From an uncultured Gammaproteobacteria bacterium (GTDB taxonomy: Bacteria; Patescibacteriota; Patescibacteriia; Magasanikbacterales; UBA922): a DNA stretch of 64,000 nt. Below are positions 1-8,844 of the stretch, one piece after another. The position numbers and the translations under genes are program-made. The first letter of the stretch is position 1. Each line of letters begins with the position of its first letter. The notes under the pieces are model-generated. The model worked only from the letters and a program-made list of their open reading frames with translations, was not told the DNA's origin and did no database searches. The DNA lies in the NCBI GenBank assembly GCA_964394405.1, contig CAYMVY010000002.1:192092-256091 (forward strand). Direction: 5' to 3'.

Positions 1-100
1 ATCACGAAAACCTTCAGGTTTTCGTGTACTTTCCTCAGCCCAGTGAAACCTCACGGTTTCACCCTTCCCTGTTCGAATCCCTCTTTATCTCTGACTTAAA

Positions 101-140
101 AAAAGAATATAGCCAATTGGCTATATTCTTTTTTTAGCTC
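101..140. terminator. bidirectional intrinsic terminator (perfect ~30-bp palindrome flanked by A-run and T-run)
   Basis: sequence AAAAAAAGAATATAGCCAATTGGCTATATTCTTTTTTT; lies just 3' of the minus-strand ORF 194..658. Confidence 0.55.
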
Positions 141-193
141 GGATACGTGGATAGCTTCCGAACTTTTTATATAGAATACCGCACTATCTTTCT

Positions 194-658
194 CTAGTGT
201 CGAGATGATCTTTTAGCAAGTAGTACACCAGATAAAAATAATGACCAAAGAATGATGTTTTGTATGATCCAACCAATACGTCCTAATGTTTCTCCCAGTG
301 TTTCATAAGAAGCTTCAAAAGGAATGACAGAGAAAGTGTAAAATAAAAGTACAACTACAAGCGTACTCACCGTCAACGCAGAAAAATAGAGGGCAGCAAA
401 TGCTCGTAGCTGTATCAATTTATCAGGTGCAATGATTTTTGAAATCACAAACCATGTAATGGTTATAAATAAACCTTCACGTAATAAAATGAAAAAAACT
501 TCACGGCCAAAAAAATCAATGTTGCTTACTATGCCAGCGTAAGAATTAAAAGGTATAAACTTAGATAGTATATGAGCAAGTACAGCTATCCATAGTGCGT
601 GTTTGTTGGTTGTGATTACTGTGAGAGTTTGGCGTAAAAAAGTGGTAATCGATATCAT
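194..658 (-). CDS. hypothetical integral membrane protein
   Basis: 154-aa ORF with several hydrophobic helices; no recognisable motif. Confidence 0.45.
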   Translation of the reverse strand: MISITTFLRQTLTVITTNKHALWIAVLAHILSKFIPFNSYAGIVSNIDFFGREVFFILLREGLFITITWFVISKIIAPDKLIQLRAFAALYFSALTVSTLVVVLLFYTFSVIPFEASYETLGETLGRIGWIIQNIILWSLFLSGVLLAKRSSRH

Positions 659-759
659 ATATTCAAAGTTTTAATTATTATAACAAACAAAGCGAACTTC
701 TGAAACAGGGCAAATATTACAGAAAAACAGGCTCTTTTAAGCCTGCTTATCCTGTTGTG

Positions 760-830
760 CTCGGGGACAGGGATTCGAACCCCGATAGTTGGGACCAAAA
801 CCCAAAGTCCTACCATTAGACGATCCCCGA
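760..830 (-). tRNA. tRNA-Gln (anticodon UUG)
   Basis: reverse complement folds as a cloverleaf: acceptor TCGGGGA/TCCCCGA, D-arm GTCT-AATGGTA-GGAC, anticodon stem TTGGG/CCCAA with loop TTTTGGT, T-arm CGGGG-TTCGAAT-CCCTG; CCA not encoded. Confidence 0.7.
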
Positions 831-931
831 ATGTTTCAAAGTTAAAAGGGAAAAGTAAAAAGTCAAAAGATAAATCTGAGTTTTATCTAAAGCTTTTCAA
901 GCTTTTTAGGCCTTACAAGCCTCTCAAGCCC

Positions 932-1837
932 TTAAGTTCTGAGGTATCTCCTCATTGCAAGCATACTCGAGAATAAAGTAAGGAGAAACACGGTTCCAAA
1001 CTGTATTCCAAGTAGGAAGAGTATATGTGACGTGAAGTAATCTGTCAAGATAGCCTCTGACTCAAAAATGACGCTCACATAGGGGTCCAAAAATTTGAGA
1101 GTGAACCATACGGTTACCGTAGTAACCACCATGCTCACCACACTAAAAACTAATGATTCAACGAGATATGGTCCGCTGATAAACCAATTGGTCGCACCCA
1201 CCAATCGCTTGATACCGATTTCTGCTCGCTGCGTATAGATAGCGACTCTAATCGTATTGAAGATAATTACAAATGCGATAATAGCAAACAGCGCGGTCAG
1301 AGCGTAGGTAAATCGCTCTACCTGTGTCGTAATGGTCTGAATGCGATCAATTGCAGTCTCTGTGTCTCCAAATGTCTTTGCCTCGATAATATTTTCGTAT
1401 TCAGGGACTGAGAGCGCCTTGATAATTTTCTCATAATCCCGAGGTTCTCGGGTTTTCACAATGAGTGTTGAGCCAAGTGGGTTTCCACCGAGTTCTTCAA
1501 GTGACTGAATAATTTCAGAATTTTCTGAATATGTTTTTTTGAATTCTGCGAGCACCTGTTCTTTGTCGAGGAATCTCTCCTCAGTAACCTCGGGCATTGA
1601 CGCAACAAATCCCCGCACTTCCTCTATCTTTTCTGGTGTCGCGGCTGGGTCAAAATAAATACTCACGTCAATCTGATCTTTTACTGATGTAATCGACCGA
1701 TCGGTCAACACACGCACAATAATCAACGTATTGATCGATAATAACATTAAAATCAAAATAAGCACTGTCATAAATGACAAGCTCATATTTCGTACAATAT
1801 CTTGAAGTGAAAATTTGATGATTCTACCGACAGACAT
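932..1837 (-). CDS. ftsX: cell division ABC transporter permease FtsX
   Basis: 301 aa with N-terminal TM, large periplasmic loop and C-terminal 3 TM helices; immediately downstream of ftsE. Confidence 0.8.
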   Translation of the reverse strand: MSVGRIIKFSLQDIVRNMSLSFMTVLILILMLLSINTLIIVRVLTDRSITSVKDQIDVSIYFDPAATPEKIEEVRGFVASMPEVTEERFLDKEQVLAEFKKTYSENSEIIQSLEELGGNPLGSTLIVKTREPRDYEKIIKALSVPEYENIIEAKTFGDTETAIDRIQTITTQVERFTYALTALFAIIAFVIIFNTIRVAIYTQRAEIGIKRLVGATNWFISGPYLVESLVFSVVSMVVTTVTVWFTLKFLDPYVSVIFESEAILTDYFTSHILFLLGIQFGTVFLLTLFSSMLAMRRYLRT

Positions 1838-1873
1838 AATGAAAATTCAAAACTTAAAACTCAAAGCTCAAAA
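1838..1873. repeat. half-copy of the AT-rich 'caaaactcaaa' intergenic element (left arm only)
   Basis: aaaattcaaaacttaaaactcaaagctcaaaactaaata between the ftsE stop and ftsX start; matches the left arms of the copies at 18212, 20046, 33098, 35231, 44396. Confidence 0.6.
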
Positions 1874-2554
1874 CTAAATACGATACTTACCCTCACGTTC
1901 GTCTGAAACGATACGCCCATCATGCAAGACCACTACTCGCCTTCTCAGCTGATTTACAATTTCACGATTGTGGGTTACCAGCATGATTGTGGTCCCAAAT
2001 TCATTTATTTTTTTAAGAATTTCAATAATTTCCTGTGTATTGATTGAATCCAGGTTGCCGGTTGGCTCATCTGCAACCAAAATTTTTGGTCGATGTACTA
2101 GTGATCGAGCAATTGCCACACGCTGTTGTTCCCCTCCTGACAGCTGATGCGGATATCGGTCAAGTTTGTGTGACAATCCGACGATGTCTAGAACTCGGGG
2201 AACTACCTGCTTGATACGATTCTTTTTTTCTCCCGCAACTTCAAGCGCAAATGACACATTTTCATTCACCGTCTTTTTTGCCAATAATTTGAAATCCTGA
2301 AAAATAACTCCGATCTGACGTCGCAATAATGGAATATCATGTAGAGAAATTTTGGTAATATCCCATCCACCAATTTCTATTGAACCGCCTGTTGGACGCT
2401 CCTCTGCAATAAGCATTTTTACCAAGGTAGTTTTTCCAGTCCCACTTTGTCCCACTACAGACACAAATTCTCCTGGTTCAATATGAAGACTAACTTCATT
2501 CAAACCAATACTGTCATGGGAATACTGTTTACTAACATTTTTCAGTGTAATCAT
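1874..2554 (-). CDS. ftsE: cell division ATP-binding protein FtsE
   Basis: Walker [13 protein letters not shown] signature [14 protein letters not shown], Walker [13 protein letters not shown]; start moved to the internal Met [11 protein letters not shown] (the ORF-track start adds 24 non-conserved residues). Confidence 0.85.
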   Translation of the reverse strand: MITLKNVSKQYSHDSIGLNEVSLHIEPGEFVSVVGQSGTGKTTLVKMLIAEERPTGGSIEIGGWDITKISLHDIPLLRRQIGVIFQDFKLLAKKTVNENVSFALEVAGEKKNRIKQVVPRVLDIVGLSHKLDRYPHQLSGGEQQRVAIARSLVHRPKILVADEPTGNLDSINTQEIIEILKKINEFGTTIMLVTHNREIVNQLRRRVVVLHDGRIVSDEREGKYRI

Positions 2555-2676
2555 AGCCAAAATATACAAGTGGACTATAGTATAACATATTTGAGAAACA
2601 CGATACAATATACATAGAAGTCCCAAAATCTAAACTATTAAAAAACCGCCCTATCCAGGCGGTTTTTAGTTATTGG

Positions 2677-3546
2677 TTATTTCACGATCTCACTCAAAAG
2701 CTCGTGTTTTCCTTGCAAAATATGATGAATCGTGTGGAGTAGTGGATAAGAGCTAATGTCCCCCAATAATTTCACGACAGTCGGAGTCGAGACTACTCCC
2801 TCACATTGCATCGGAGTTTCACCTCGAGCAATTCGCCTCCCCTCCCCCCTATGACGTGAATCTTCGCTCATACCAGTCGCAATAAAATCTCCCATACCCG
2901 CGAGCGTATATGCTGTTTCATTTTTCCCTCCAAGTGCTACGATCTCTTTTCCCATTTCTTCTATCGCTTTTGTCGCATACCAGCCACGTGCATTACTCCC
3001 CATCCCCTGTTCATCGAGCATTCCCAAACCCATGGCGTATACATTTTTTAGAACCCCTGCAAGCACGGTACCATATACATCGTTTATGTGCTGTAATAAT
3101 ATTTTACTTCCTTCAAATAAGGATACAATAGTGCGGTAGGTCTCAATAGATTCACTTGCAATCGCACCAAAAGCATATTTTCCCGCGTCAATCTCTGCTG
3201 AAACCATGGGGCCTCCAAAAAAGGCAAATAGATGATCTGGTACCACATCAGCGACGATTTGATCAGCTGTTTTCATGGTTTTTTCTTCAAACCCTTTTGC
3301 AACTGAGACGAGAATTGCATGCGGTTCTAGATGTGGTTTGATGCGCTCCAGTGTCTGTCGTATGACCCATGAGTGGATACAGAGAAATACTACTTCGGCT
3401 CCGACGACACGTTCCTCGAGAGTTTGGGTTCCTGAAATCTTGGTCTGATCAATATCCCACCAATCCACACTTGCACCACTTTTCTGAATAGTTTTTCCAA
3501 TTGCACCTCCTATTTTCCCAGCTCCAATAACCAGTACTTTTGTCAT
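2677..3546 (-). CDS. gpsA: NAD(P)H-dependent glycerol-3-phosphate dehydrogenase
   Basis: N-terminal Rossmann fold VLVIGAGKIGGAIG; C-terminal GpsA-like blocks LAGVLKNVYAMGLGM and LAGMGDFIATGMSEDSRHR; start taken at MTKVLVIGAG. Confidence 0.7.
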   Translation of the reverse strand: MTKVLVIGAGKIGGAIGKTIQKSGASVDWWDIDQTKISGTQTLEERVVGAEVVFLCIHSWVIRQTLERIKPHLEPHAILVSVAKGFEEKTMKTADQIVADVVPDHLFAFFGGPMVSAEIDAGKYAFGAIASESIETYRTIVSLFEGSKILLQHINDVYGTVLAGVLKNVYAMGLGMLDEQGMGSNARGWYATKAIEEMGKEIVALGGKNETAYTLAGMGDFIATGMSEDSRHRGEGRRIARGETPMQCEGVVSTPTVVKLLGDISSYPLLHTIHHILQGKHELLSEIVK

Positions 3547-3622
3547 ATGTATATGTTTAGGTTTTCCCAAGTGTACTCATAATGATATACTGTTCAAAGA
3601 GAATTATCAACAGGTCAAGATA

Positions 3623-3898
3623 GTGTGGAATATGTATTCATTAGAAACTCTGTACAGACAAGCTGAAGAAAAAATCCACCTATTTGATGGGTTTGTAGAC
3701 GCTCACCGACTGAACGGGAGAATATTTGTAGATCATATAGGGTATAAATGTTCATCAACACAGCGCTTTCACGAGTTAAGACAACTTTTTGAAGCTCGTT
3801 CCGAATACATTTATCAATCAATTATTTCAGCACGTCGCATTGCAGTTATTAAACTTATCGACCCTATTCAGACTACGTGCGGTATGATTAATTTTTAG
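3623..3898 (+). CDS. hypothetical small protein
   Basis: 91-aa ORF in a 580-bp gap; upstream -10-like TATACT; no homology recognised. Confidence 0.3.
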   Translation: MWNMYSLETLYRQAEEKIHLFDGFVDAHRLNGRIFVDHIGYKCSSTQRFHELRQLFEARSEYIYQSIISARRIAVIKLIDPIQTTCGMINF

Positions 3899-3948
3899 AA
3901 TTATCAGACCAGAAGCCAGATGGAAGTCAGATAGATGGGTTTGATCAT

Positions 3949-4152
3949 ATGGAATTTTACCCTATAGAACAAACTGTTGAAACTATTGTTAATTATTTAA
4001 CCAATCAAAATGTCATAGTGACAAAAACTGTTCGACCCCATCATACCACCTATGATATTTCTCTTGAAAATAATTTCAAAGTACGGATTGAAGATTTTCC
4101 TTTAATTGAAAAAATAGTCAGGGAAGAAATTAAACTTATGCAAACAAAATAG
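3949..4152 (+). CDS. hypothetical small protein
   Basis: 67-aa ORF followed immediately by an intrinsic terminator hairpin. Confidence 0.35.
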   Translation: MEFYPIEQTVETIVNYLTNQNVIVTKTVRPHHTTYDISLENNFKVRIEDFPLIEKIVREEIKLMQTK

Positions 4153-4176
4153 CCCTAGTCCGGGCTATTTTAGTAT
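4151..4176 (+). terminator. intrinsic terminator
   Basis: TAGCCC-tagtcc-GGGCTA hairpin followed by TTTTAG. Confidence 0.5.
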
Positions 4177-4177
4177 G

Positions 4178-4250
4178 AGCCGATGTCGGGGATCGAACCC
4201 GAGACCTACAGTTTACGATACTGCCGCTCTACCAGCTGAGCTACATCGGC
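4178..4250 (-). tRNA. tRNA-Thr (anticodon CGU)
   Basis: reverse complement GCCGATGTAGCTCAGCTGGTAGAGCGGCAGTATCGTAAACTGTAGGTCTCGGGTTCGATCCCCGACATCGGCT folds as a canonical cloverleaf; anticodon loop ATCGTAA. Confidence 0.75.
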
Positions 4251-4321
4251 GTTTGGAAAGTACAAAATAAAAAGTCAAAATAAGTAGCTGTAATTTTAGC
4301 TAAAATACCCTCTATTGTCAA

Positions 4322-5452
4322 TCATGTTCGATGGTATGCACCTACCGCTTCAGAAATTGAAGTATATCCATCACGCTTGAGGAAACGTGCAAGTTCATAA
4401 TTAATTGTACCAATAAGCTGAGGCCCCTCATAAATCATCCCTGTAATCAATTGTACCAAAGATGCTCCCCGCCTGATCTTCTCATATGCATCCTCGGCAG
4501 AAAAAATACCCCCTGTACCAATGATTGTCATCTTATCACCACAATATGCATATGTTTGTGAAATAAGCTCATTCGAGAGATTCCAAGTGGGTTTACCACT
4601 TATTGATCCTTTAACATGTTCAGGAATTTTTTCTTTAATCGCATGGTCTGACCTATCTTTATTAAGGTTACCAATGTTTACTGCATGCACTTGATATTGC
4701 AGTGCCACATCGAGAAGTTTTTTAAATTCCTCCCACGGAATATTGATTGGCATTTTTAGAATTATCGGTTTTTTACTCTCCCTCACCTGCAAAACTTCGA
4801 GAAGTTTTTTCAATTTTTCACTTGTGGTAAAAGGCTCTCCACCGAATGTATTCGGGCACGAGATATTAATTTCATAGATATCTCCCACCCCATTTTTTTG
4901 AAATACATCCAAACAATCTTTATAGTCATTCATCCCTTTCTCTTCATCCGCCGTTAAACTACAGTTAGTTTTGCCAATAGACACTACCTGAGGTACACGA
5001 CTGATTACCCCCTTGAGATGCCTAGAAACTGCCTCTGCGCCGCTATTCTTGAGTCCATAATAGACTACCAGCCCTTTTGATGCCGGAAGACGATACAGCC
5101 GTGGTTTTGGGTTACCCTCGTATGCACCATATGTCACAGTTCCCACTTCTGCAAAACCAAATCCCATATCACTCATGAGCGAAAATATCTTCCCTTCTTT
5201 ATCAAATCCCGCAGCAAGCCCAACAGGATTAGAAAAATGTGTACCCCACATCTCCTGAGCAAGTGATGGGTGTCTGTAGTCAAAGCACGCTCGCACAATC
5301 ATCTTCCCCAGTTTACTCTTACCCAATCGCTCACCCGCTATCATCATTCGATGATGTACTACTTCAGGATCCTGCGCAAAAAAAATCGGTTTAAGAATCG
5401 CGCGATATAAAAAATGAAATATGGTGCTTCGATATCTCAATTTCATATACAA
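4322..5452 (-). CDS. pyrD: dihydroorotate dehydrogenase (quinone), class 2
   Basis: N-terminal membrane-association helix, then FSNPVGLAAGFDKEG, EVGTVT, NISCPNT and GGI motifs typical of PyrD. Confidence 0.85.
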   Translation of the reverse strand: MYMKLRYRSTIFHFLYRAILKPIFFAQDPEVVHHRMMIAGERLGKSKLGKMIVRACFDYRHPSLAQEMWGTHFSNPVGLAAGFDKEGKIFSLMSDMGFGFAEVGTVTYGAYEGNPKPRLYRLPASKGLVVYYGLKNSGAEAVSRHLKGVISRVPQVVSIGKTNCSLTADEEKGMNDYKDCLDVFQKNGVGDIYEINISCPNTFGGEPFTTSEKLKKLLEVLQVRESKKPIILKMPINIPWEEFKKLLDVALQYQVHAVNIGNLNKDRSDHAIKEKIPEHVKGSISGKPTWNLSNELISQTYAYCGDKMTIIGTGGIFSAEDAYEKIRRGASLVQLITGMIYEGPQLIGTINYELARFLKRDGYTSISEAVGAYHRT

Positions 5453-5457
5453 AATAA

Positions 5458-6282
5458 TTACACCGTTCCTTTTTCTATTTCTTCTAACTCACCTCTATCT
5501 TGAGCCTGATTCATCTGCTCCTGTTCCTCTTGGTTAATTAATTTTTTCTTTGGTTCATATGTATCTGGTTTCACTAATGCGCTCTGGTGGTCAAATGTTA
5601 TATTAAATTCAGTCACGTACATCACTTTTCCGTCAGTAGAATCCTCAAACTCCATACCCACTATTTCTGCCTCAAAACCAAAATCCGGATCAGTACCATT
5701 TTCAATAAAATTTTCTGCTCGTTTTTGAATTAGAAACGTAATCTTCTGCTGAATAAGCGTCTCTGCTGCCTCTGCATTCTGGCTATCGTCTAAAAAATTC
5801 CTAAAATCCTCTATGGTTTCTTTGATAGACGAGTCAATAAATGCATCAACAGACTCTTGACGAGCTTTTTTTTCTAAACCTTTGATACTTTGTCGATCTA
5901 AGGTCTCAATGTGTTTTTTAAGGAATTGTGAATCAGCGCCTTCACCCTCAGGAATACCCAACAGGTGTTGTTCTTGTTTCACTATCTCTTCTTCAAGATC
6001 TATCCTCTGTTTTTCAAGTGTCTGTGCGTGATCAGAACTACTTGTATTTACTTCACTTTCTGGCGCCAAACCCATAGACTCCCGCACATATTTCATTTTT
6101 TCATCAGCTTTTCTTGCACTATCAATTGCATCAGTGAGTTTTTCCTCTAATTTCGCCGCCTTCTGCAAAGTAGAGATATACTCTTCCTCGGAATCAGGCT
6201 TCTGTCTTCCACTCTCACTGGGCAACCGCTCTTGTCCGACCTCTCCCTGTGGCTCTACCCCCTCTCCTCTGATTTCAGGCAT
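5458..6282 (-). CDS. hypothetical acidic coiled-coil protein
   Basis: 274 aa, very Glu/Asp/Lys-rich with heptad-like segments, no TM; no recognisable family. Confidence 0.45.
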   Translation of the reverse strand: MPEIRGEGVEPQGEVGQERLPSESGRQKPDSEEEYISTLQKAAKLEEKLTDAIDSARKADEKMKYVRESMGLAPESEVNTSSSDHAQTLEKQRIDLEEEIVKQEQHLLGIPEGEGADSQFLKKHIETLDRQSIKGLEKKARQESVDAFIDSSIKETIEDFRNFLDDSQNAEAAETLIQQKITFLIQKRAENFIENGTDPDFGFEAEIVGMEFEDSTDGKVMYVTEFNITFDHQSALVKPDTYEPKKKLINQEEQEQMNQAQDRGELEEIEKGTV

Positions 6283-6388
6283 ATTTTAGAATTAAATAAA
6301 AAAACACATAATAACTTAATACTACTACAGGTTATATAAAATTCATAGTAACCTGCCTAATAGTATAAACCCACATTGTTGTTATAAA

Positions 6389-6417
6389 AATTTAGCTGAT
6401 TAGAGCTAAATTTTTTA
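6389..6417. terminator. hairpin plus T-run; likely terminator of the minus-strand tRNA-Gly transcript (bidirectional)
   Basis: TTTAGCT-gattag-AGCTAAA followed by TTTTTT on plus, and by TTTTTAT on minus. Confidence 0.45.
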
Positions 6418-6421
6418 TAGA

Positions 6422-6635
6422 GCGGGATACGACCCTCCTTCGCCCGGCTAGGCCGGGCTATGGCGGGCAAGGAACCGGTAATCTTGAGCGAGTGAGGGGA
6501 ATCGAACCCCCTTCCCGTGCTTGGGAAGCACGAATAATAACCATTATACGACACTCGCATGATCCCTCCTTATACACACTAATACCATTACCCGTCCGCC
6601 GTAGCCCATAGGGCGAAGGTGGATACTAATCCCGC
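6422..6635 (-). repeat. long-range inverted repeat (about 45 bp per arm) enclosing tRNA-Gly: putative leader/trailer processing stem
   Basis: 6422-6445 gcgggatacgaccctccttcgccc pairs with 6611-6635 gggcgaaggtggatactaatcccgc; 6453-6464 ggctatggcggg pairs with 6596-6607 ccgccgtagccc. Confidence 0.5.
6487..6558 (-). tRNA. tRNA-Gly (anticodon CCC)
   Basis: reverse complement GCGAGTG..CGTGC-TTCCCAA-GCACG-GGAA-GGGGG-TTCGATT-CCCCT-CACTCGC-T; 7-bp acceptor stem, anticodon loop TTCCCAA, 4-nt variable loop; D-stem is weak (3 bp). Confidence 0.65.
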
Positions 6636-6637
6636 AT

Positions 6638-6671
6638 GAAAACAGTCCCGATGAGTTGGGACTGTTTTTTG
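6638..6671. terminator. intrinsic terminator (bidirectional)
   Basis: AACAGTCCC-gatgagtt-GGGACTGTT followed by TTTTTTG; sits 3 nt after the PPIase stop codon. Confidence 0.6.
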
Positions 6672-6673
6672 CT

Positions 6674-7780
6674 CTATTGTGTAGTAGTTGCTGTTTCAGT
6701 CTCCACGGGCACTTCTTCGGTGTCTGACGTTGCATCTTTCAGATCTTCAAATGGATTTCTGAGACCTTTGGATACCTTGATTTCAGAGGCGAGTAGACGT
6801 TCATTCATAAATGTTTCAAACTCAGCGTTGCTACCATCATCGACGAGGAAAAGAATATGTCTCACCTTTACCTCATCTTGCTCATTACCTTCTTGATCCT
6901 TGGTCTTTCTTGTATCATCCACTCGCACGATATGGAATCCAAATTCAGTCTCTACCAATTCACTACCCAGCTCTCCTTTTTTCAAAGAAAATACTGCTTG
7001 CTCAAATTCAGGCACCATTACTCCTTTTCCAAACCAATCTAGATCACCGCCTTTATCTTTGTTACTTGTATCAGCGCTAAATTCTTTTGCCATTTTTTCA
7101 AATGACTCACCACCCTTGATCCGGTCAAGTACTGCCTGTGCTTCTCCGCGAATAGCCTCTTTCTTTGATGGATCTTTGACTGTCTCAAGATATGCTTTTC
7201 CTAATTTTTGGTCAAGAATAGTCGGTAAAACAAATTTACGCGCAAAAACATCGATAGTCCAACCATATCTCTTTACCACATCTTCCTCAGCTTTTTCACG
7301 ATTTTCATATCGCGCAACGATATTTTCTTGTACGAAAGTATCAATCTCTGATTGCTCGACACTCACACCGTATTCTCTCGCAATTTGTCTCACAAATGCA
7401 TCTACTATTAATCTCCGCAACACATAGTCAGACATCTCTGGGTCTGTCGGTCGAGGCAGATTGGTCGTATCAGTGTCATAAAAATTTCTCATCCCTTTCA
7501 AATTCTCCACATATTCACCATAGGGAATTCTCTCACCATTGAGAGAAGCCACTGGAATTCTAAAAATTCGGGCAGTCGTCAGAGTGAATGGTGATTCAGA
7601 TAACGCCTTTACACTTTGAATTCCGACTACATACCAAATTATTGCTGCGATTACCAATGCAACGCCCAGTCCTGCAAACAATAGAGAGCCTGTCTTTGTT
7701 CTTCTTTTTTTGTCTCCCCCTACGCTCGATGTTTCGGCGACACTATCTTTGTGCTCCTCAACCTGTTTTTTTTCTTCCAT
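6674..7780 (-). CDS. peptidyl-prolyl cis-trans isomerase, parvulin (PpiC) type, membrane-anchored PrsA/SurA-like
   Basis: N-terminal TM helix; C-terminal parvulin domain GGDLDWFGKGVMVPEFEQAVFSL...GFHIVRV. Confidence 0.75.
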   Translation of the reverse strand: MEEKKQVEEHKDSVAETSSVGGDKKRRTKTGSLLFAGLGVALVIAAIIWYVVGIQSVKALSESPFTLTTARIFRIPVASLNGERIPYGEYVENLKGMRNFYDTDTTNLPRPTDPEMSDYVLRRLIVDAFVRQIAREYGVSVEQSEIDTFVQENIVARYENREKAEEDVVKRYGWTIDVFARKFVLPTILDQKLGKAYLETVKDPSKKEAIRGEAQAVLDRIKGGESFEKMAKEFSADTSNKDKGGDLDWFGKGVMVPEFEQAVFSLKKGELGSELVETEFGFHIVRVDDTRKTKDQEGNEQDEVKVRHILFLVDDGSNAEFETFMNERLLASEIKVSKGLRNPFEDLKDATSDTEEVPVETETATTTQ

Positions 7781-7790
7781 AGATTACTAA

Positions 7791-8207
7791 TTATTGCCCG
7801 CTATCGGGTGATTGATGAATAAAATAGTACCACCATTTTAGCGGATTTGGAATATCCTGTCCACCCAGTCCTTCCCCCTCTGGGTCACGGATAGCATCTT
7901 GCTGTTTTTCTACGCTGTGTATAAAAAGTACCCGTTCTCCAGGCTTCTTCATATTCAAATCAAGACGAGCCGTGTCCTCGAGATAACTAGTACTTGAAAC
8001 ATATTTCAACAGTTCGATTGATTCGAGCTTCTTTTTCTCCAATTGATTAATCTCACTCTCGAGTCGCTTTACTTCTTCTCGAAATGCATAATCCTTGAAA
8101 TACGCGCGTGCAAAACCAAACGCAAATGCAAATGTGAGCAAAAAAGCAAAGCCCAAAAAAAATTTTGACCCAAAAAATGTCCGTACACGTGAGGATTCCC
8201 GACTCAT
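7791..8207 (-). CDS. septum formation initiator family protein (FtsB/DivIC-like)
   Basis: N-terminal TM, then coiled coil, then ARLDLNMKKPGE resembling the DivIC/FtsB C-terminal motif. Confidence 0.6.
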   Translation of the reverse strand: MSRESSRVRTFFGSKFFLGFAFLLTFAFAFGFARAYFKDYAFREEVKRLESEINQLEKKKLESIELLKYVSSTSYLEDTARLDLNMKKPGERVLFIHSVEKQQDAIRDPEGEGLGGQDIPNPLKWWYYFIHQSPDSGQ

Positions 8208-8235
8208 AGTATTTTATAGTATATCATGACTTGAG

Positions 8236-8841
8236 TTATCCTCTCAATTGTTTGAGTCGAGCTTCAATAATTTTTCGTAGATATACCAAATCTTCAGTAT
8301 CAAGTTCAGTAATGCTTTTATGGAGATCCTCTACTGAAAATCGGGGGTGCGATACTCCCCCATTCACTTGTTTCTTCAACTCATTAATCAATCTCTGAAC
8401 TCCTTGTGGACGACGCACATACTCCACATCAATCCGTATTTTCGAATCTCGCACTCTGATTTCGACTGTTCCATAATTGAGCATCATACGCCACAACCCC
8501 CTCTGTCTCACCACTACGTCTTCAATATCCCCTAATTCTGCTTCTGAGATAGTACGCCCAGTGATTCCATCCTTTGCAATATCAATAATTCGGTAATTAG
8601 TGAGAATAAGGACTGTACCACGAAATCTGACATAATTTGAAATACACCCCGCAACCCCGATCAGGGTGAGGGCCGAAAAACCAATCATACCAATAGTTCC
8701 CTGACGCATGAGCCAGAACATATATATTCCTGCAACTGCAAATGGTATGAGTGCCCCGACCCAGCGCCAAAGATACGTCAACCCAAAGCGCCGAATTTCG
8801 GCTACAATCTGTTCATCGACTCGAAGTGGGATTGATTTCAT
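8236..8841 (-). CDS. bacterial PH-domain (bPH_2/YdbT-like) membrane protein
   Basis: two N-terminal TM helices followed by an ILTNYRIID motif typical of bPH_2 domains. Confidence 0.5.
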   Translation of the reverse strand: MKSIPLRVDEQIVAEIRRFGLTYLWRWVGALIPFAVAGIYMFWLMRQGTIGMIGFSALTLIGVAGCISNYVRFRGTVLILTNYRIIDIAKDGITGRTISEAELGDIEDVVVRQRGLWRMMLNYGTVEIRVRDSKIRIDVEYVRRPQGVQRLINELKKQVNGGVSHPRFSVEDLHKSITELDTEDLVYLRKIIEARLKQLRG

Positions 8842-8844
8842 ATA

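Noticed and set aside
60-85. T-loop-like GTTCGAATCC near the window start
   Set aside because: The flanking bases do not form a T-stem or an acceptor stem. It sits among simple hairpins (ACGAAAAC/GTTTTCGT, GTGAAACC/GGTTTCAC), not a tRNA.
2910-3341. Plus-strand ORFs 2910..3131 and 3156..3341 inside gpsA, and similar antisense ORFs inside ppiC, the flippase, the metal permease, copA and the MFS gene
   Set aside because: They lie entirely antisense within well-supported genes. Their composition (Ser/Pro/Thr-rich or Leu/Phe-rich) is typical of antisense frames of AT-rich genes.
6357-6735. ORFs 6357..6560 and 6544..6735 (minus) and 6636..6896 (plus) over the tRNA-Gly region
   Set aside because: They span a tRNA, its inverted-repeat flanks and terminator hairpins. 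They are artefacts of a stop-poor GC-rich structured region.
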